From Octopus vulgaris (lineage: Eukaryota), in assembly GCA_951406725.2 (NCBI GenBank), contig OX597828.1:39308001-39372000 (forward strand): DNA of 64,000 nucleotides. Direction: 5' to 3'. Both the position numbers and the translations under genes were made by a program. The notes beneath the pieces are model-generated. The model had not been told where the DNA came from, did no database searches, and was given only the letters and a program-made list of their open reading frames with translations. Positions 24,961-37,912 of this stretch are shown one piece after another. The stretch's first letter is position 1; every line of letters begins with the position of its first letter.

Positions 24961-26509
24961 TGTCTAATATTCTTTTGAACTGCTGCATCTGGAGCATCAC
25001 TGTGGCAGGGAGACCAGCCAGCAGCCTCACAATGCCAAAAACTCACTGGGCTGTTGTCATGAGTGTAGAGGGTAGCACTGGTAGGAGCTCACCTGATTCT
25101 GACATGCAATCACTTTCCTGATTACATTGGAGCCATCATTGGGGTTGAGGCCAGTTTTGACAAAAGATCTGTTTCTTTGCTGTACTCAAGACAAATGTGT
25201 ATACATTTAACTGGGAGTAAGTTCTTTTCCTCGTTTGGTGTTTGTTTTTTCCTTGTTATTTTGTTCATAGTTGCCTAAGTTATGTATGTGTGCACATAGG
25301 CACATCCTATCTGTATATGTGCACCTGTCATATGTTTATATATAAGCTTAAGTATACACAGAGTATGTGTGCATGTACAGATATATACCTGTGCATGGAT
25401 GCTGACAGGTCTGTTCATTCAATATATGAAACAGTGAAAGCACAATGCTTGTCAATGCATATATATTCAGAAAAAGTGTAATAAATTGATAATATGTATG
25501 GAAACAATCAGAAATTGCTTGACGTACATATAATAGGAAACCCAGCTACCTGGATAGATTCTGTTAGAATGAAATCCAATCTAAATTATTTTTCTTCTGT
25601 AAGTTCTATTTACAGTCTGCAATTTTTTAACCTTTATCATACAATATTTCATAGAACCAAAAGCTGGCTAAGGTAGGTTGGTATCAAAAGGGTTAAAGAA
25701 TTTAAAGGTGCAACTGTACAAGGTTTCTAAGTTTTTTTAACAGAATACAGATATTATTGACACACTAGCTAGCCCAGTACCATCAAAAATGACAGCTAAT
25801 TGTAATATTTTATATATAAATATGGATGGTAAATCAAATTAATACACTTGTCAATGATAACTAGTGGTTGTCTTTGAGATGTAACATCAATCATCATTTG
25901 TTACTGAAAGGATGCTAGTTCACATATTCAAACATTCACATACTTCCCTTGTACACACACACACACACACACATACATTTACTCACACAGAGTTGAAACA
26001 CTGTTTGATTTTTCTTTTCAGAGTTGAATGTTCACCATCTCACACACACACACACAAACATTCACATACCTCCCTTTTACATACACACACATATACTCAC
26101 ACAGAGTTGAAACGCTTCCACTAACAGTTTGCTATCACCACTTCCTTTCTCATTCATATGTTGTGACGGAGAAAAATACAAGAGTATTATTATACTCAGA
26201 CAGTACAAGGGAGGTAATTGTTTCATAATATTTGGTGGGATTAGAAGTCTGAATTTGAAATTTAAGAATGAGGAAGGAAACGTATAGAATAGAAATTTTT
26301 TTTTTTTTTTTTTTTGCTGACTTATTACAAAGTTTATAAAATTTCTAGTCTTTAGTAGTTTGTCAAGAAGCAGAAAAAAGTGGAATTTTGTAGGCAATTT
26401 TTAGTTTTTCAGTTTCTGTAAAAACCCATTTGTCAATTTTTAGCCCAAGTTCAGCTCTGACTGAGATCTGCAGTCAATGATGATTCTGATAGTATATGAT
26501 CAAAACTAG

Positions 26510-26561
<52 letters not shown>

Positions 26562-27521
26562 GCATAATTCAATATCTTTTTTTTTTCTTTTTAAGAGGAA
26601 GTGATTTGAGAGAATACATCTGTTATATCTAGCAAGTTGACTGCTGATTGTGAAAGCCTCTCTCATTGGCTCATGTAAGGATGAAATATTGAGAGGTGAC
26701 ATTTAAATTGTGTCAATCTAATAAAACCAAAAGAATATTGGTCCTTAGAGCTAAAGATGATGTGTCATTCCATAGCTTTTAAAATAAAATAAAAAAAGAA
26801 AAGAAAAACACACTGATGTACTTTAAATCATAGGTAGAGTAAATGCTTAGAGATTTGAAGAAAATGAAAAATTCTTAGAAATAACAATAATAATAATTTT
26901 CACTGCATGAAAGAAAAAAAATGTTGAAATGATTTGTGTCAAAAATTAAAGAATGAAGTAAAATACAAAATAAAACAAAAACAGGAGAAGGTAGAGGCAA
27001 AACAAGACTTTAAAAAATGTAAAAAAACTAGCATAAAACAAAAGATTATCATAGCTCTATTGTAAAGTGTGCGTGACTTTTCATCAGCTGAGAAGACACA
27101 TGAAAAAAGGAATAAAATTGAAAAAAGTTGCCAGCCGCTATAATTAATGCACACTTCAGTCTCCAAGACAAGCAGTGTAATTCTTTATTTTTCTTCAATT
27201 TACTTTTTTCCTGTTAAGGTTCTAATTTGAATTGATAAAATATTATTTGTAAGATTGAGAGGAATAAAAGCAAGCTATTTTCAACACATTTATTTTTTTT
27301 AAACAAAATACTGCTAATGAGTAAATTACAGACTGTTAATCTGTCCTAATATTTATTTTGAAATAACCAAATATTAGTTAAATCGAAATCTTAAAATTGT
27401 ATCCATATTGTTTGTGATCAAGAGTTTTTGAACATCTACCATATTCTAATTTTAAAAAATCAAGAGATTTTTATATTTTCATTTAACCCAAATGTCAGAA
27501 TTTTAATGAATTTCCGTGGTT

Positions 27522-27575
<54 letters not shown>

Positions 27576-29083
27576 TTTATATTAAACAATTTCAATTCTG
27601 ATTAGTAATTAATGATATTTGCCTCACAATCACCATTCCTCCTTCCTAACATCCACCTCTTGACCATCATAAAGTCCATGTACTGAAAGATAGCATCATG
27701 TTAGGAACTAGCTACATGGTTTCCCCTATTACATTCAGACTTCCTTTTCTATTCCTCTCTCTCTCATCAGTCCCTCTCATATCACTCATTGTTGACATCC
27801 ATCCCTTTCTCTTTCCCATGCTCTCTCTCTCTCTCTCTCACTCTTTCATATATATATATATACATTACTCCCACTTTCAGCACCCCACCCTCAACTCATG
27901 TTGTTTTTATCCAACAGCCTTATCAACAATCATTGTATAGCTGTCTATCACTCTTTGTTTCACTCTTCCTTTATTCTCTGCTCTGTCACCCTCTCAATCC
28001 TATTACTCTGGTTCTTTTCCATTACTTTCTCCAACATCATTCTCTTACTGGCTCTTTTTTGTCACTCTTCTACCTGCAGAGAACAAGCCAACCCTCTGGT
28101 ACTGGTAGACAAATGAATGGAGACAACATAGGGTAGAGAGAACTGTTTAGTCTTACAGAGAACATAACAACCTCTGTAGTGTTGGTGCCATAGTAAAAAG
28201 CACTCTCCACACACTGTAAAGTGGTTATCTACAGAATAAAATGTCAAAAATGGAATAGGCAAGAGAGATGTGGTGCCCAACCTATCTCATTTATACATGA
28301 TACCCTGATTCAGTCCACAACAACCTGTACATGCAAGCAGGGAAAGTAAACATTAAGTAATAATGATGATGATATAACCGTTGGAAACAAGCCAATATAG
28401 GGGTAGTCATTGTGTCAAAAGACTTGTTAAAAATAGCAACTCTATCTCCCTCAAACTATATCCTGCCATCCATCTTAAGATACATTTGATAACCTAATAC
28501 TGAATGCAGTGTCTAAAAAACAAAAATTAAAAAGATGGGATGATTATAGTTGCAATAACTTTTGATTACAGATGTGCTTGATCAGAGCTGACAGCTCAAC
28601 AGAAACCCATATCCAGTAAGTATTTATTTTCACATTTAGTTGGGGCAATTAGAGTTTCAGTTTTCTAATGAACTAATAAACACATCTGTATCTGATGTAA
28701 ATTTATAAACGCTCTTAAAAAAGAAATGGATTATTAAGATAATTATGGTATCCATTGTTCACTAATTAGAGACTAATTAGTGTATTAATTGCAATGTCTT
28801 TTAACAGTCTGTTGGGCAATAAATAAATGAAATCCACTAATGAAAGATAAGGCTTCTGATGAAACAAGATCAGCTCAATACAGCTCCACCTAATGGTGAA
28901 GACAATTCCACTTGCTAAATATTATCGATTAGTTTATAATAAGTATTACAATAAATCCATACATGTGCATGTGTGTGATTATTATTATTATTATTATTAT
29001 TTCACGACCGTATGGCTTGGGTCATGAACCATTTTGTGCAAAGTTGTCGTCCAGCCGACTAAAATGCCTTATAAGTTAAATTT

Positions 29084-29300
29084 CATCATCATCATTTAAC
29101 ATCTGTTTTCCATGCTGGCATGGGTTGGATGGTTTAACAGGAGCCGACAAGGCTAGGAGCCACATCAAGCTCCATTGTCTGTTTTGGCTTGGTTGCCACA
29201 GCTGGGTACCCTACTTAAAGCCAACCACTTTACAGAGTGTAGTGGGTGCTTTTTACACGACATCAACACCAATACTTTTTACCTTTGTGTGGCACCAGTA
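29084..29300 (-). mobile_element. RTE 3' UTR fragment (family D)
   Basis: catcatcatcatttaacatctgttttccatgctggcatgggttgg. Confidence 0.7.
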
Positions 29301-29619
29301 AATGAAAGCTGTGTAGAAGATGGTAATGTTTGCATGTGTTTGTCTTTAGTTGACATTGCTTGGGCAATGGTGATACTTGTTTGTGTCATGCATAAACAAT
29401 ATGCCTTACAGCTCAGTGGTTTGTCATGCAAAAACCAGTGAAATAAAAAAATTCACTCAAATACAAGCAAAGGTAAATGACAAGAAAGGCATCTGACCAT
29501 AGATTACTGCCTCAAAAAGTTTCATCCAACCTTTATTAGCATGGAACGAGCAAACATAAAACAGTGATTATAGCCTCAGGGTGACTGATATTTGACAGAT
29601 GTAAACTGTATGGAAGCCC

Positions 29620-30110
29620 ATTGGGGCACAGTTTCAATATGAACCCAGTTTAACACCATCCTTGTTATCTTTAATTGATGCCTTTAGCAATCTGTTGCAA
29701 AAATTGGATCCAGGTCTCTAGTCTATGGCTAAACTCTCTTCCTTTCACCCAATCTTGGAGAGCCTGTGAAATGCCATAGACACTATCATTCCTTCAAGGG
29801 CTTTGTAATATATAAAAAATAAAAAAATACAGCAAAACAAAATGCTACCAGGAGGGGTTTAATATCAGAACATAGAGAAATGGAACTTGTTCTCTACTGC
29901 TTTAACTATTGTGAGGCTGGTTTCTTTTTAGAGACCGTTTGCTGCTTGGCACATTCTGAAGTTGTACTTTGTTCTTTCTTCACAGACTAACGGTGCTCTC
30001 AATCACACCAAATTTCCTACGCACTGTACAATTATTATTCTTTTCAGCAAGTTCTTTGACTAAATTTAAACTTCTCACTGCAAGCAATAAGTATTTCTTA
30101 TTTTTTTGTT
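29620..30110 (-). pseudogene. pogo/Tigger-type transposase N-terminal remnant (Brinker-like DBD / CENP-B HTH)
   Basis: SEKFK/VKELAEKNNNCTVRRKFGVIESTVSL*RKNKVQLQNVPSSKRSLKR, with TGA in place of the conserved Trp; ALQDWVK further downstream. Confidence 0.6.
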
Positions 30111-30894
30111 TGTTTTTGCATCCAGACTTCTGTTACAAGGATGCATACTAAAGAATTTTTTTCAACACTACTTGCATATATTAATAACACATTTTTCACA
30201 TTTTAAATTGTAATCATTTAATTTGCATAATCACTTTTAAACAAAACAGTGTCTAAGAACACATCACCAGCAAGCTAAAAAAAAAAAAAAAATTAACAAT
30301 AGCCGTTAGATGTATTCACAATGCATACATTGTTTCATAACCACAGACAAAGAAGTGTGTATATGTGTGTATTAGTCATTAGATGTTCCAGGGCTAATGC
30401 CTTTAGTATTTTCATCATCACAGATTTAGAGCTGCTTTTTATATTTTAGTTTTATTTATTTCTTTTTAGTATAAAGGTTTCCCTTAAGTTTAACTGATAT
30501 TTTTTATATTAAATTTCTCACATTATTTTGAGTAAATACAGTAATTACTTTTAATTAACAATATTGCTGAAAGAAATTACTGCAGGGCAGTATTCTGCAT
30601 ACAAATACACACATAATAAGCCATGCCATGTGCAATATGTGAGATGAAATACTTCCTCTGGGGTGTTTAAAATCTGAACCAACAGGCATAAAAAGATAAA
30701 TTCAATACAATCAACCTATCAAGATTTTTGGGAAATGAATATAATTATTTTTAATTAGCATTTTGATGGTGACTACATTAAATATGCTAACACTAATTTG
30801 ACAATTGTTTTTCATGCAAACAGCATTGCTGATTAACTGAAATTAATGATTTTTTTTTTTTTTAGTATTTAAATATGCTTATGTACTTTTAAAT

Positions 30895-31300
30895 ACAAGT
30901 ATGGCTGCATGTTTAAGAAGTTTGCTATACAACTAAATGGTTTGGGATTCATTTGCATGGTGTGGCATCTTGGGCAAGTGTCTTCTATAATAACATCTGG
31001 TTTGACTTATAGCTTATGACTCAAATTAATAGATGGAAACTGTGCAGAAGCCCATCATGTGTGTGTGTGTGTGCATGAGAGAGAGAGAGAGAGAGAGAGA
31101 GATTATGCAGCTTTATGTCAGCCTTATGCTGACACCACTTGGTGTTCTGTGCTTATAATCTATAACTTAGCAGTTTGACAGACAAAAATCAACAAATATC
31201 AGATTTTAAAATGCCTGGATTGATGTGATTAACTAAAACCCTTAAGGCATTGCTCCAGCATAGCCACAGTTCAATAACTGAAATGAGTAAAGGAATAAAA
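30895..31300 (+). mobile_element. Old SINE family B variant
   Basis: Diverged head, core and tail. Confidence 0.7.
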
Positions 31301-31374
31301 ACAGTTTATTTCTAAATGAATCAACTTAATGATTCATCACTACTTTGGCAAATTTGGTATAGTGAATTTATGCC

Positions 31375-31409
31375 TTGCTGAGGAGGTCTAATAAGACAGA
31401 AACATCCAA
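31375..31409 (+). ncRNA. Minimal hammerhead-like motif, degenerate
   Basis: ttg CTGAGGA g gtct aata agac a GAAA catc caa. Confidence 0.4.
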
Positions 31410-31659
31410 TTATCTTCCTGTACATGCTGAAACAATTGCTATGATATTGGTAGTCATTGATCAAATGCCATTTCTTCGCATCATTATTTTTAATTAGCTT
31501 TTAGGTGCTCACTATACTAAGTATACACTGGATGGCCACTAATGCAAAGAGAGGTAATTATCTCCTCAATGTGTGGTGAGATTAAAAATTTGAAATTAAA
31601 AAATATGAAAAGAATACAAAGAGCTCATATAAATAAATATATATTTATTATTATTATAT

Positions 31660-31878
31660 TGAGTTCAAATTCCACCGAGGTCAACTTTGCCTTTCATCCT
31701 TTCAGGGTCAATAAATTAAGTACCAGTTGAGTACTGGGGTTGATGTAATCGACTATCCCCTTTCCCCCAAATTCCAGGCCTTGTGCCTATAGTAGAAAGG
31801 ATTATTATTATTAGTAGTAGTACTACTACTACTACTATTTTTACTACTGCTATTATTACTACTATCATTATTACTATT
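31660..31878 (+). mobile_element. SINE family A2, 5'-truncated, (ATT/ACT)n tail
   Basis: Same sequence as copies in 17532-18168. Confidence 0.8.
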
Positions 31879-31880
31879 TT

Positions 31881-32140
31881 GAGGGCGCAAGGCTTAGTAG
31901 TTAGGGTGTTGCATTATCTAGCGATCACAGTTTCAAATCTTAGACCAAGGGGTGTGTTGTGTTCTTGAGCAAAACACTTCATCTCATGTTGCTTTGCAAT
32001 CACATCAACATCTGATGCATGGTACACAGTGCACCTGTTCAAACAATGTCGATCTGATGGAGAGAGTGAGCTAATGTGCCACACATATATTTGATCACTT
32101 TAAACAAATCATTTGCACAGGTCATTCATCAAAACAAAAA
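31881..32140 (+). mobile_element. tRNA/CORE-like SINE with a distinct tail
   Basis: ggcttagtagttagggtgttg head and gtgttcttgagcaaaacactt core. Confidence 0.6.
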
Positions 32141-32705
32141 CATATATTGGCTTCAATGGGCGAGTCCATCATCATGCCATCAAAGTGACACTGGGGTAAA
32201 ATATATGAAGCCCAGTATACCCATCATGACTACCTGTTTGATAAGGGTACACCAAGCACATGCAACACAATCATATGTGCATGACATGGTGATCTCATAT
32301 CAAGATAAGCAGTGCATGACCTTGCAGGTAGGGCCCAATTAAAATTTCCTTCAGGTTGAGTAGCCCATCCCACTCAAAAGGTCCCTGAATAAGGGCTGTT
32401 TAAGGATGTTGAATGAAACACCTATTTCCAGAGGTGAATTATTCAAACCCCAAAGAATTCTTGCTCCCCCACTACTTCTGCTCGTCATCAGCGATGCACA
32501 TATCATTAGCCACCAAGGGACATGCTCAACTGGTTGAAGTCAAGCAACAGACAAGCAAATCTGTGGCATTGAGCAGAATATCTGCTGTGGCCCATCTTTA
32601 TACCAAGACAAAACATGTACATGATAACACTTCCAATCAGTTAAGATCAAAAGCCATGGGAGTCACTACCTAGTACTGCGTCAGGGCATATGATTACTAT
32701 TATTG

Positions 32706-33230
32706 TGGAGGCGCAATGGCCAAGTGGTTAGGGCAATGGACTCGTGGTCATAGGATCGCAGTTTCGATTCCCAGACCAGGCATTGTATGTGTTTATTCAG
32801 CAAAAACACCTAAAGCTCCACGAGGCTCTGGTAGGGGATGGTGGTGAACCCTGCTGTACTCTTTCACCCCACCTTTCTCTCACTCTTTCTTCCTGTTTCT
32901 GTTGTACCTGTATTTCAAAGGGCCAGCCATGTCACACTCTGTGTCACGCTGAATCTCCCTGAGAACTACATGAAGGGTACACATGTCTGTGGAGTGCTCA
33001 GCCACTTGCACGTTAATAAATGAGCTGCAACGTCACTGGTGCCAAGCTGTATCAGCCTTTGCCTTTCCCTTGGATAACATCGGTGGCATGGAGAGGGGAG
33101 GGCAGTATGCATGGGCGACTGCTGACCTTCCATAAACAATCTTGCCCAGACTTGTGCCTCGGAGGGTAACTTTCTAGGTGCAATCCCATGGTCATCCATG
33201 ACCAAAGGGGGTCACAACAACAACACAACA
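32706..33230 (+). mobile_element. SINE family C, long form
   Basis: Head and body match 15401; 3' domain (33035-33214) matches 52845-53022 and 43981-44165; caacaac tail. Confidence 0.85.
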
Positions 33231-33683
33231 TTACTATTATTATTATCTATGAAGTTCTTACAATTTTTAGTAATTGATAATCATGTATAGATATGTTAAC
33301 ACAATAAATTCAGATTAGAGAGAGCACTGAGAACAGAAGAGATAGTGTTACTGATAAAATCAAAGATTGTTTTGATGAAAAGAAAAATACTGCCGAGAGA
33401 GAGAAATTAACTGCAGAGTAAAAATGGTAGAGGAGTTTATAAAGACAGGAAAATACAATTAAATATATATTTTTTTTAAATATCCAATCAACAATAATAG
33501 AAGGAATGTCATGAGTCATTAATTTAGAAAGAAAAGTGTGAAAATGTCAACATTTTGAAGAGGAAACAAACAAAACAAAACCAAATAATTTATTCAAATA
33601 TACACTTTCTGATGTCATTGTAACGGAACTAAAAGAAATATTTCAGCAAATTACTAATTAAATTTTTTTTTTTTTATATTTTT

Positions 33684-33915
33684 TATCTTTTACTTGTTTC
33701 AGTCATTAGACTGTGGCCATGCTGGGATACCACCTTGAAGAATTTCAACTGAATGAATCAACACCAGTATTTATTTTTTTTTAAGCCTGGTATTTATTGT
33801 ATTAGTCTCTTCTGCTGAACTGCTAAGTTACAGGGACATAACACACCAACAGCAGTTATCATGTGGTGGTGGGGGGGGTACAAACAAACACAGACATATA
33901 TAAATATATATATAC

Positions 33916-33965
<50 letters not shown>

Positions 33966-34360
33966 GATGGGCTCCTTTCAGTTTCTTATTTCTTTACTGA
34001 CCACAAGGGGCTAAACATAGAGGGGACAAACAAGGACAGACAAAGGGATTAAGTTGATTACATCGACCCCAGTGTGTAACTGGTACTTAATTTACTGACC
34101 CTGAGAGGATGAAAGGCAAAGTCAACCTTTGTGGAATTTGAACTCAGAAAGCGGCAGATAAAATACTGCTAAGCATTTCGCCCGACATGCTAACATTTCT
34201 GCCAGCTCGCCACCTTAAAGTTTCTGTCTACCAAATCCACTCACACGGTTTTGGTTGGCCCAAGGCTACAGCAGAAGGCACTTGCCCAAGGTGCTATGCA
34301 GTGGGACTGAACACTGAACCGTGTGGTTGAAAAGTAAACATCTTACCACACAGCCATGCC
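33684..34360 (-). mobile_element. SINE family B variant, host of a SINE A insertion
   Basis: Family B sequence on both sides of 33987-34218. Confidence 0.85.
33987..34218 (-). mobile_element. SINE family A, 7-bp TSD
   Basis: agtttct at 33980-86 and 34219-25. Confidence 0.9.
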
Positions 34361-34419
34361 TTTTGAATATATTAATTAACATCTCTCTAGAGTTAATTTT
34401 TCTTTTCTACTTCTATAGC

Positions 34420-34735
34420 TGCAGGTATGGCTGTGTGGTTATGAAGCTTGCTTTGCAACCACCTGGTTTCTGGTTCAGTCCCATTGCATGGCACCTTAGT
34501 TTATCAATGCCTTCTGAATGAATTTGGTAGATGGAAGCTGTGTAAATTCCATTGTGTATATATGTGCATGTGTGTGTGTGTGTGGGTCCTTGTGTTTATA
34601 TGATACTCACTATTTGACAACAGGTATTGGTTTGTTTATGCCCACGTAACTTAGTGGTTCAGCAAAAGGGTATGATAAAAAAAAGTACAAGACTTAGAAA
34701 TAAGTACTAAGGCTGCGTGAACATGGCCACAGTTG
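34420..34735 (+). mobile_element. Old SINE family B variant
   Basis: gcaggtatggctgtgtggtt head; head-to-head with the preceding copy. Confidence 0.7.
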
Positions 34736-34894
34736 ATTACAGTGCACAAATGGTACCTATTTTACCAAACATTGAAAGGATGATATGCAAAGTCAACTTC
34801 AGCAGAATTTGAACTCAGAACATTAAGAACCAGATGAAATACCACTAAGCATTTTGTTCAATATGTGAATGATTCTACGAGCTTGCTGCCTTAA

Positions 34895-35112
34895 CCCTTC
34901 AGCATTCACATAATTCTGTCAGAAGTAATGATTATTAATTCTCGTTGTTTTGTATTAATCATGCATAATGTTGTAGTTTTGAGATTTTGAAGAGGTAACT
35001 TAATTTTCAGAATGATATTGTAGGGATGGTGTGAGAGGCCAGATCTAGCCAGTTTGATAATAAATCAGATAGAATATTTTGGCTGGATATGGCCAGTTTA
35101 AATGCTAAAGGG
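34895..35112. mobile_element. TTAA-type (piggyBac-like) MITE family 2, complete
   Basis: TTAA at 34891-94 and 35113-16; TIR cccttcagcatt / aatgctaaaggg. Confidence 0.88.
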
Positions 35113-35129
35113 TTAATATTAAATAATGA

Positions 35130-35345
35130 TTTCAAATTTTAGGTAAAAGGCCAGCGGTTTCAAGGAAATGGCTAAGTTGATTACATTGACCCCAGTTCTC
35201 AACAGATACTTATCATATCAACTCCGAAAGGAGAAAAAAGGCAAAGTTGACCTTGGCAGAATTTGAACTCAGAATGTAAAGATGGATGAAATGCTGCTAA
35301 GCATTTTGCCTGGTGTGCTAACAATTCTGCCAAGTTCTCTGCCAT
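35130..35345 (-). mobile_element. SINE family A2
   Basis: Reverse homology to 17920-18135. Confidence 0.75.
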
Positions 35346-35469
35346 AATAATAAAATAATATTTTCTTGTTAACATATACAATCCTTATTTATAATATTAC
35401 CTTGGGAAATGATAAGAAAGAGATGCAAGCAAATAGAGAAACCAAAAACCTGGCGCTTCTACACAACAA

Positions 35470-35835
35470 ACCAAACAACCTGCATCAGTTGTTAACTCTC
35501 GGGACACTACATCCTTCAAAACTTCCGTGCTTCCTGAAATTCACCAACAGTACACGATTTTCGGAAACATTTTTTTCAACTAAATGTTGCTGAAGCATGG
35601 AACAAACTGCCGGCATCAGTTGTTAGTTGTCGGAGCACTGCATCCTTCAAAACTTCCATGCTTCCTGAGATTCGCCAACACTACACCTGATTTTCTCCCC
35701 TCCATGCACACGCAAGTATGTATCTGACTCATACACTGTTCACTTTCCAGACATTTGTACATTACTGCATATGCTTTATATGCACTTTTGACAAGTTGTG
35801 GTGCACCTGAGCACTGTATACAATAATTTCATTAT
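35470..35835 (+). mobile_element. CR1-type LINE 3' end (two stacked copies)
   Basis: FRKHFF..NVAEAWNKLPASVVSCRSTASFKTSMLPEIRQHYT* plus UTR; an older copy of the same segment lies at 35470-35557. Confidence 0.75.
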
Positions 35836-36494
35836 TTTTTTATTTTTTGATGCCCACTCCCTATTTTTTTTTTTTTAAAGCAATCATTCACTGTTCATTT
35901 CCTGTGCATCTTCTGTACTGTTCATGCACTTTAGGCTCCTTTTTCTGATGAGTTCATTATAAACATACAGAAGATAGAACTACTGGGCACACAGGATGAC
36001 AAAGAGCTACAGGACTTTACATTAGCATACAAAAACACAGACAATAGCACTGTTAAGCATTGAGTGTACACATTATATAGTGTCACAGGATTTGCTATAA
36101 ACAGCTCAAACATGGCTCTATACAAATATAACAGAATACTTTAAGAGAATAGAAAAAGCAAAAGCATTGCCCTCTGAGCTGACCTAATTTATGCAGCTAA
36201 AACAGGCAATTTTAATAAGACTATTGGAATACTATCACCACCATCATTATCAGTATCATCATATCGTCATGGCAATATATTGGTGGTGGTGGGGGGTATA
36301 GTTCATTAAATCAGTTTTGCAAACATGTGGAGCTATTACATGTTCAATTGAAAAATTATTAGCATCTTTTTTTAATACGCTTCACAACCACATCAGTGAA
36401 GGTTCAATACCACTGCACAGCCTCATGTTGGGCAATACTTTTTGAGTAGAATTTAGTAGAAAATACTGTTAGAAGCATATAGTTTTATATATAT

Positions 36495-36755
36495 ATCATC
36501 ATCATTTAATGTCCGTTTTTCATGCTGGCATGGGCTGGATGGTTTGAGAGGAGCTGGCAAGCCTGAGGGCTGCACCATGCTCCAGTCTGTTTTGACTTGG
36601 TTTCTATGGTTGGGTACCCTTCCTAATGCCGACCACTTTACAAGTGCACTGTGTGCTTCTTATGTGGCACTGGCATAGCTACTCTTTACAAGGTGCTGGC
36701 AGGGGTGCTTTTTAAGTGGCACCAGCACAGGTGCTTTTTACATGGCACCAGCACA
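36495..36755 (-). mobile_element. RTE 3' UTR fragment (family D)
   Basis: (CAT)n start and ggtgcttttt repeats. Confidence 0.75.
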
Positions 36756-37075
36756 CACACACGCACACAACTGAAGCCAAGACAATAGGATGGGGCAATA
36801 GGTTCTTATGACATCATTCCCTTAGGTTCAATTCAATTGTAATTATCTAAAATTTATTTCAATTTTGTGTTTTCCACAAATTATATGACTAACAGTGAAT
36901 CCATTTTAATAACTGAGAATGCCCACAATTATACTCATATACACCCAAAACCACACACTATAAAGCTAAGGATGTTAGAAAGGGTATCTGAAGTCAATAT
37001 GGCTGACTAAACCTTTGAAGGTGTATGCCCAGTTTGGTTGTAGTCCAATGGCTGAAACCTTTGAAAGAAATTATA

Positions 37076-37624
37076 TTGGGTTGTCCGGAAAGTTCATGCT
37101 GATTTATAGTAGCTTACCTTTCAACTTATTTTAGAACATGGTTGAGTCCATAAAATAGGATTTGACTACACCTCCATTTAGAGCACAGTTTAGCTATTTT
37201 TTTGTGGAAGAAGGTTTATGTTCCTATAACCAGTGTTAATTCTGTAACCCTTTAAAATGGAAGATAAAAAAAATTCACTTTCGGCACTTGATGCTTTGAG
37301 AACCAGACAAAAATTGCTGCAGTTCGTCTGGAATGTGTTACCCCACCCTCCATATTCACCAGATATTGCTCCTTCGGATTTCCACTTATTCAGGTCTCTG
37401 CAGAATAGTCTTAATGGTAAAATTTTCAAAAAAGATACCTTGATGAATTCTTTGCCATGAAACCACCTCAATTCTGGGAAGAGGATATTTTCAAGTTAAA
37501 GGAAAGATGGAGACACATTGTGCAACAAAATGGTTCATATTTGGTTGATTAAAAATGTAATGGCAAGTATTTATTAACCTTTTCTTTCCTTTAAAAATTG
37601 GCACAAACTTTCCGGACAACCCAA
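37076..37624 (+). mobile_element. Internally deleted mariner element with both TIRs and TA TSDs
   Basis: TA|ttgggttgtccggaaagtt ... aactttccggacaacccaa|TA. ORF 37257-37460 joins the N-terminus MEDKK to LPHPPYSPDIAPSDFHLFRSLQNSL (mariner YSPDLAPSD motif). Confidence 0.93.
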
Positions 37625-37694
37625 TAGTAGGTTTACATTCAAGGTCCAATAGGGTTGACTTTATATGTTGCTATTATTTATTTGCCATGTAAAG

Positions 37695-37912
37695 CAGCAA
37701 GCTGGCAGAATCGTTAACACACTGGACAAAATGTTTAGTGGCATTTTGTCCTCCATCTTCACGTTCTGAGTTCAAATGCCACCAAGGTCAACTTAGCCTT
37801 TCATCTATTCGAGATTGATAAAACATATCAGTTGAGCACTGGAGTCAATGTGATGGATTTATCCCCTCACCCGAAAATTGCTGGCCTTGTGCTAAGATTT
37901 GAAACCATTATT
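37695..37912 (+). mobile_element. SINE family A2
   Basis: gctggcagaatcgttaacac...gttctgagttcaaat...ggccttgtgc. Confidence 0.75.

Larger units (their letters stand above)
23788..25170 (+). mobile_element. Decayed Tc1/mariner-superfamily transposon (maT/DD37D-like), interrupted by SINE B and SINE A
   Basis: Frameshifted HTH region (NNSSRSMRDIAEQLKFADSTVRHLVHKDM; YMMRRWQF) at 24150-24285; C-terminal traces (PHNAKNSL; HLILTCNHF; IGAIIGVEASF) at 25020-25160. Confidence 0.7.

Noticed and set aside
25929-26116. Short local duplications (25929-26116; 54895-54985)
   Set aside because: Microsatellite-associated slippage duplications with no further structure.
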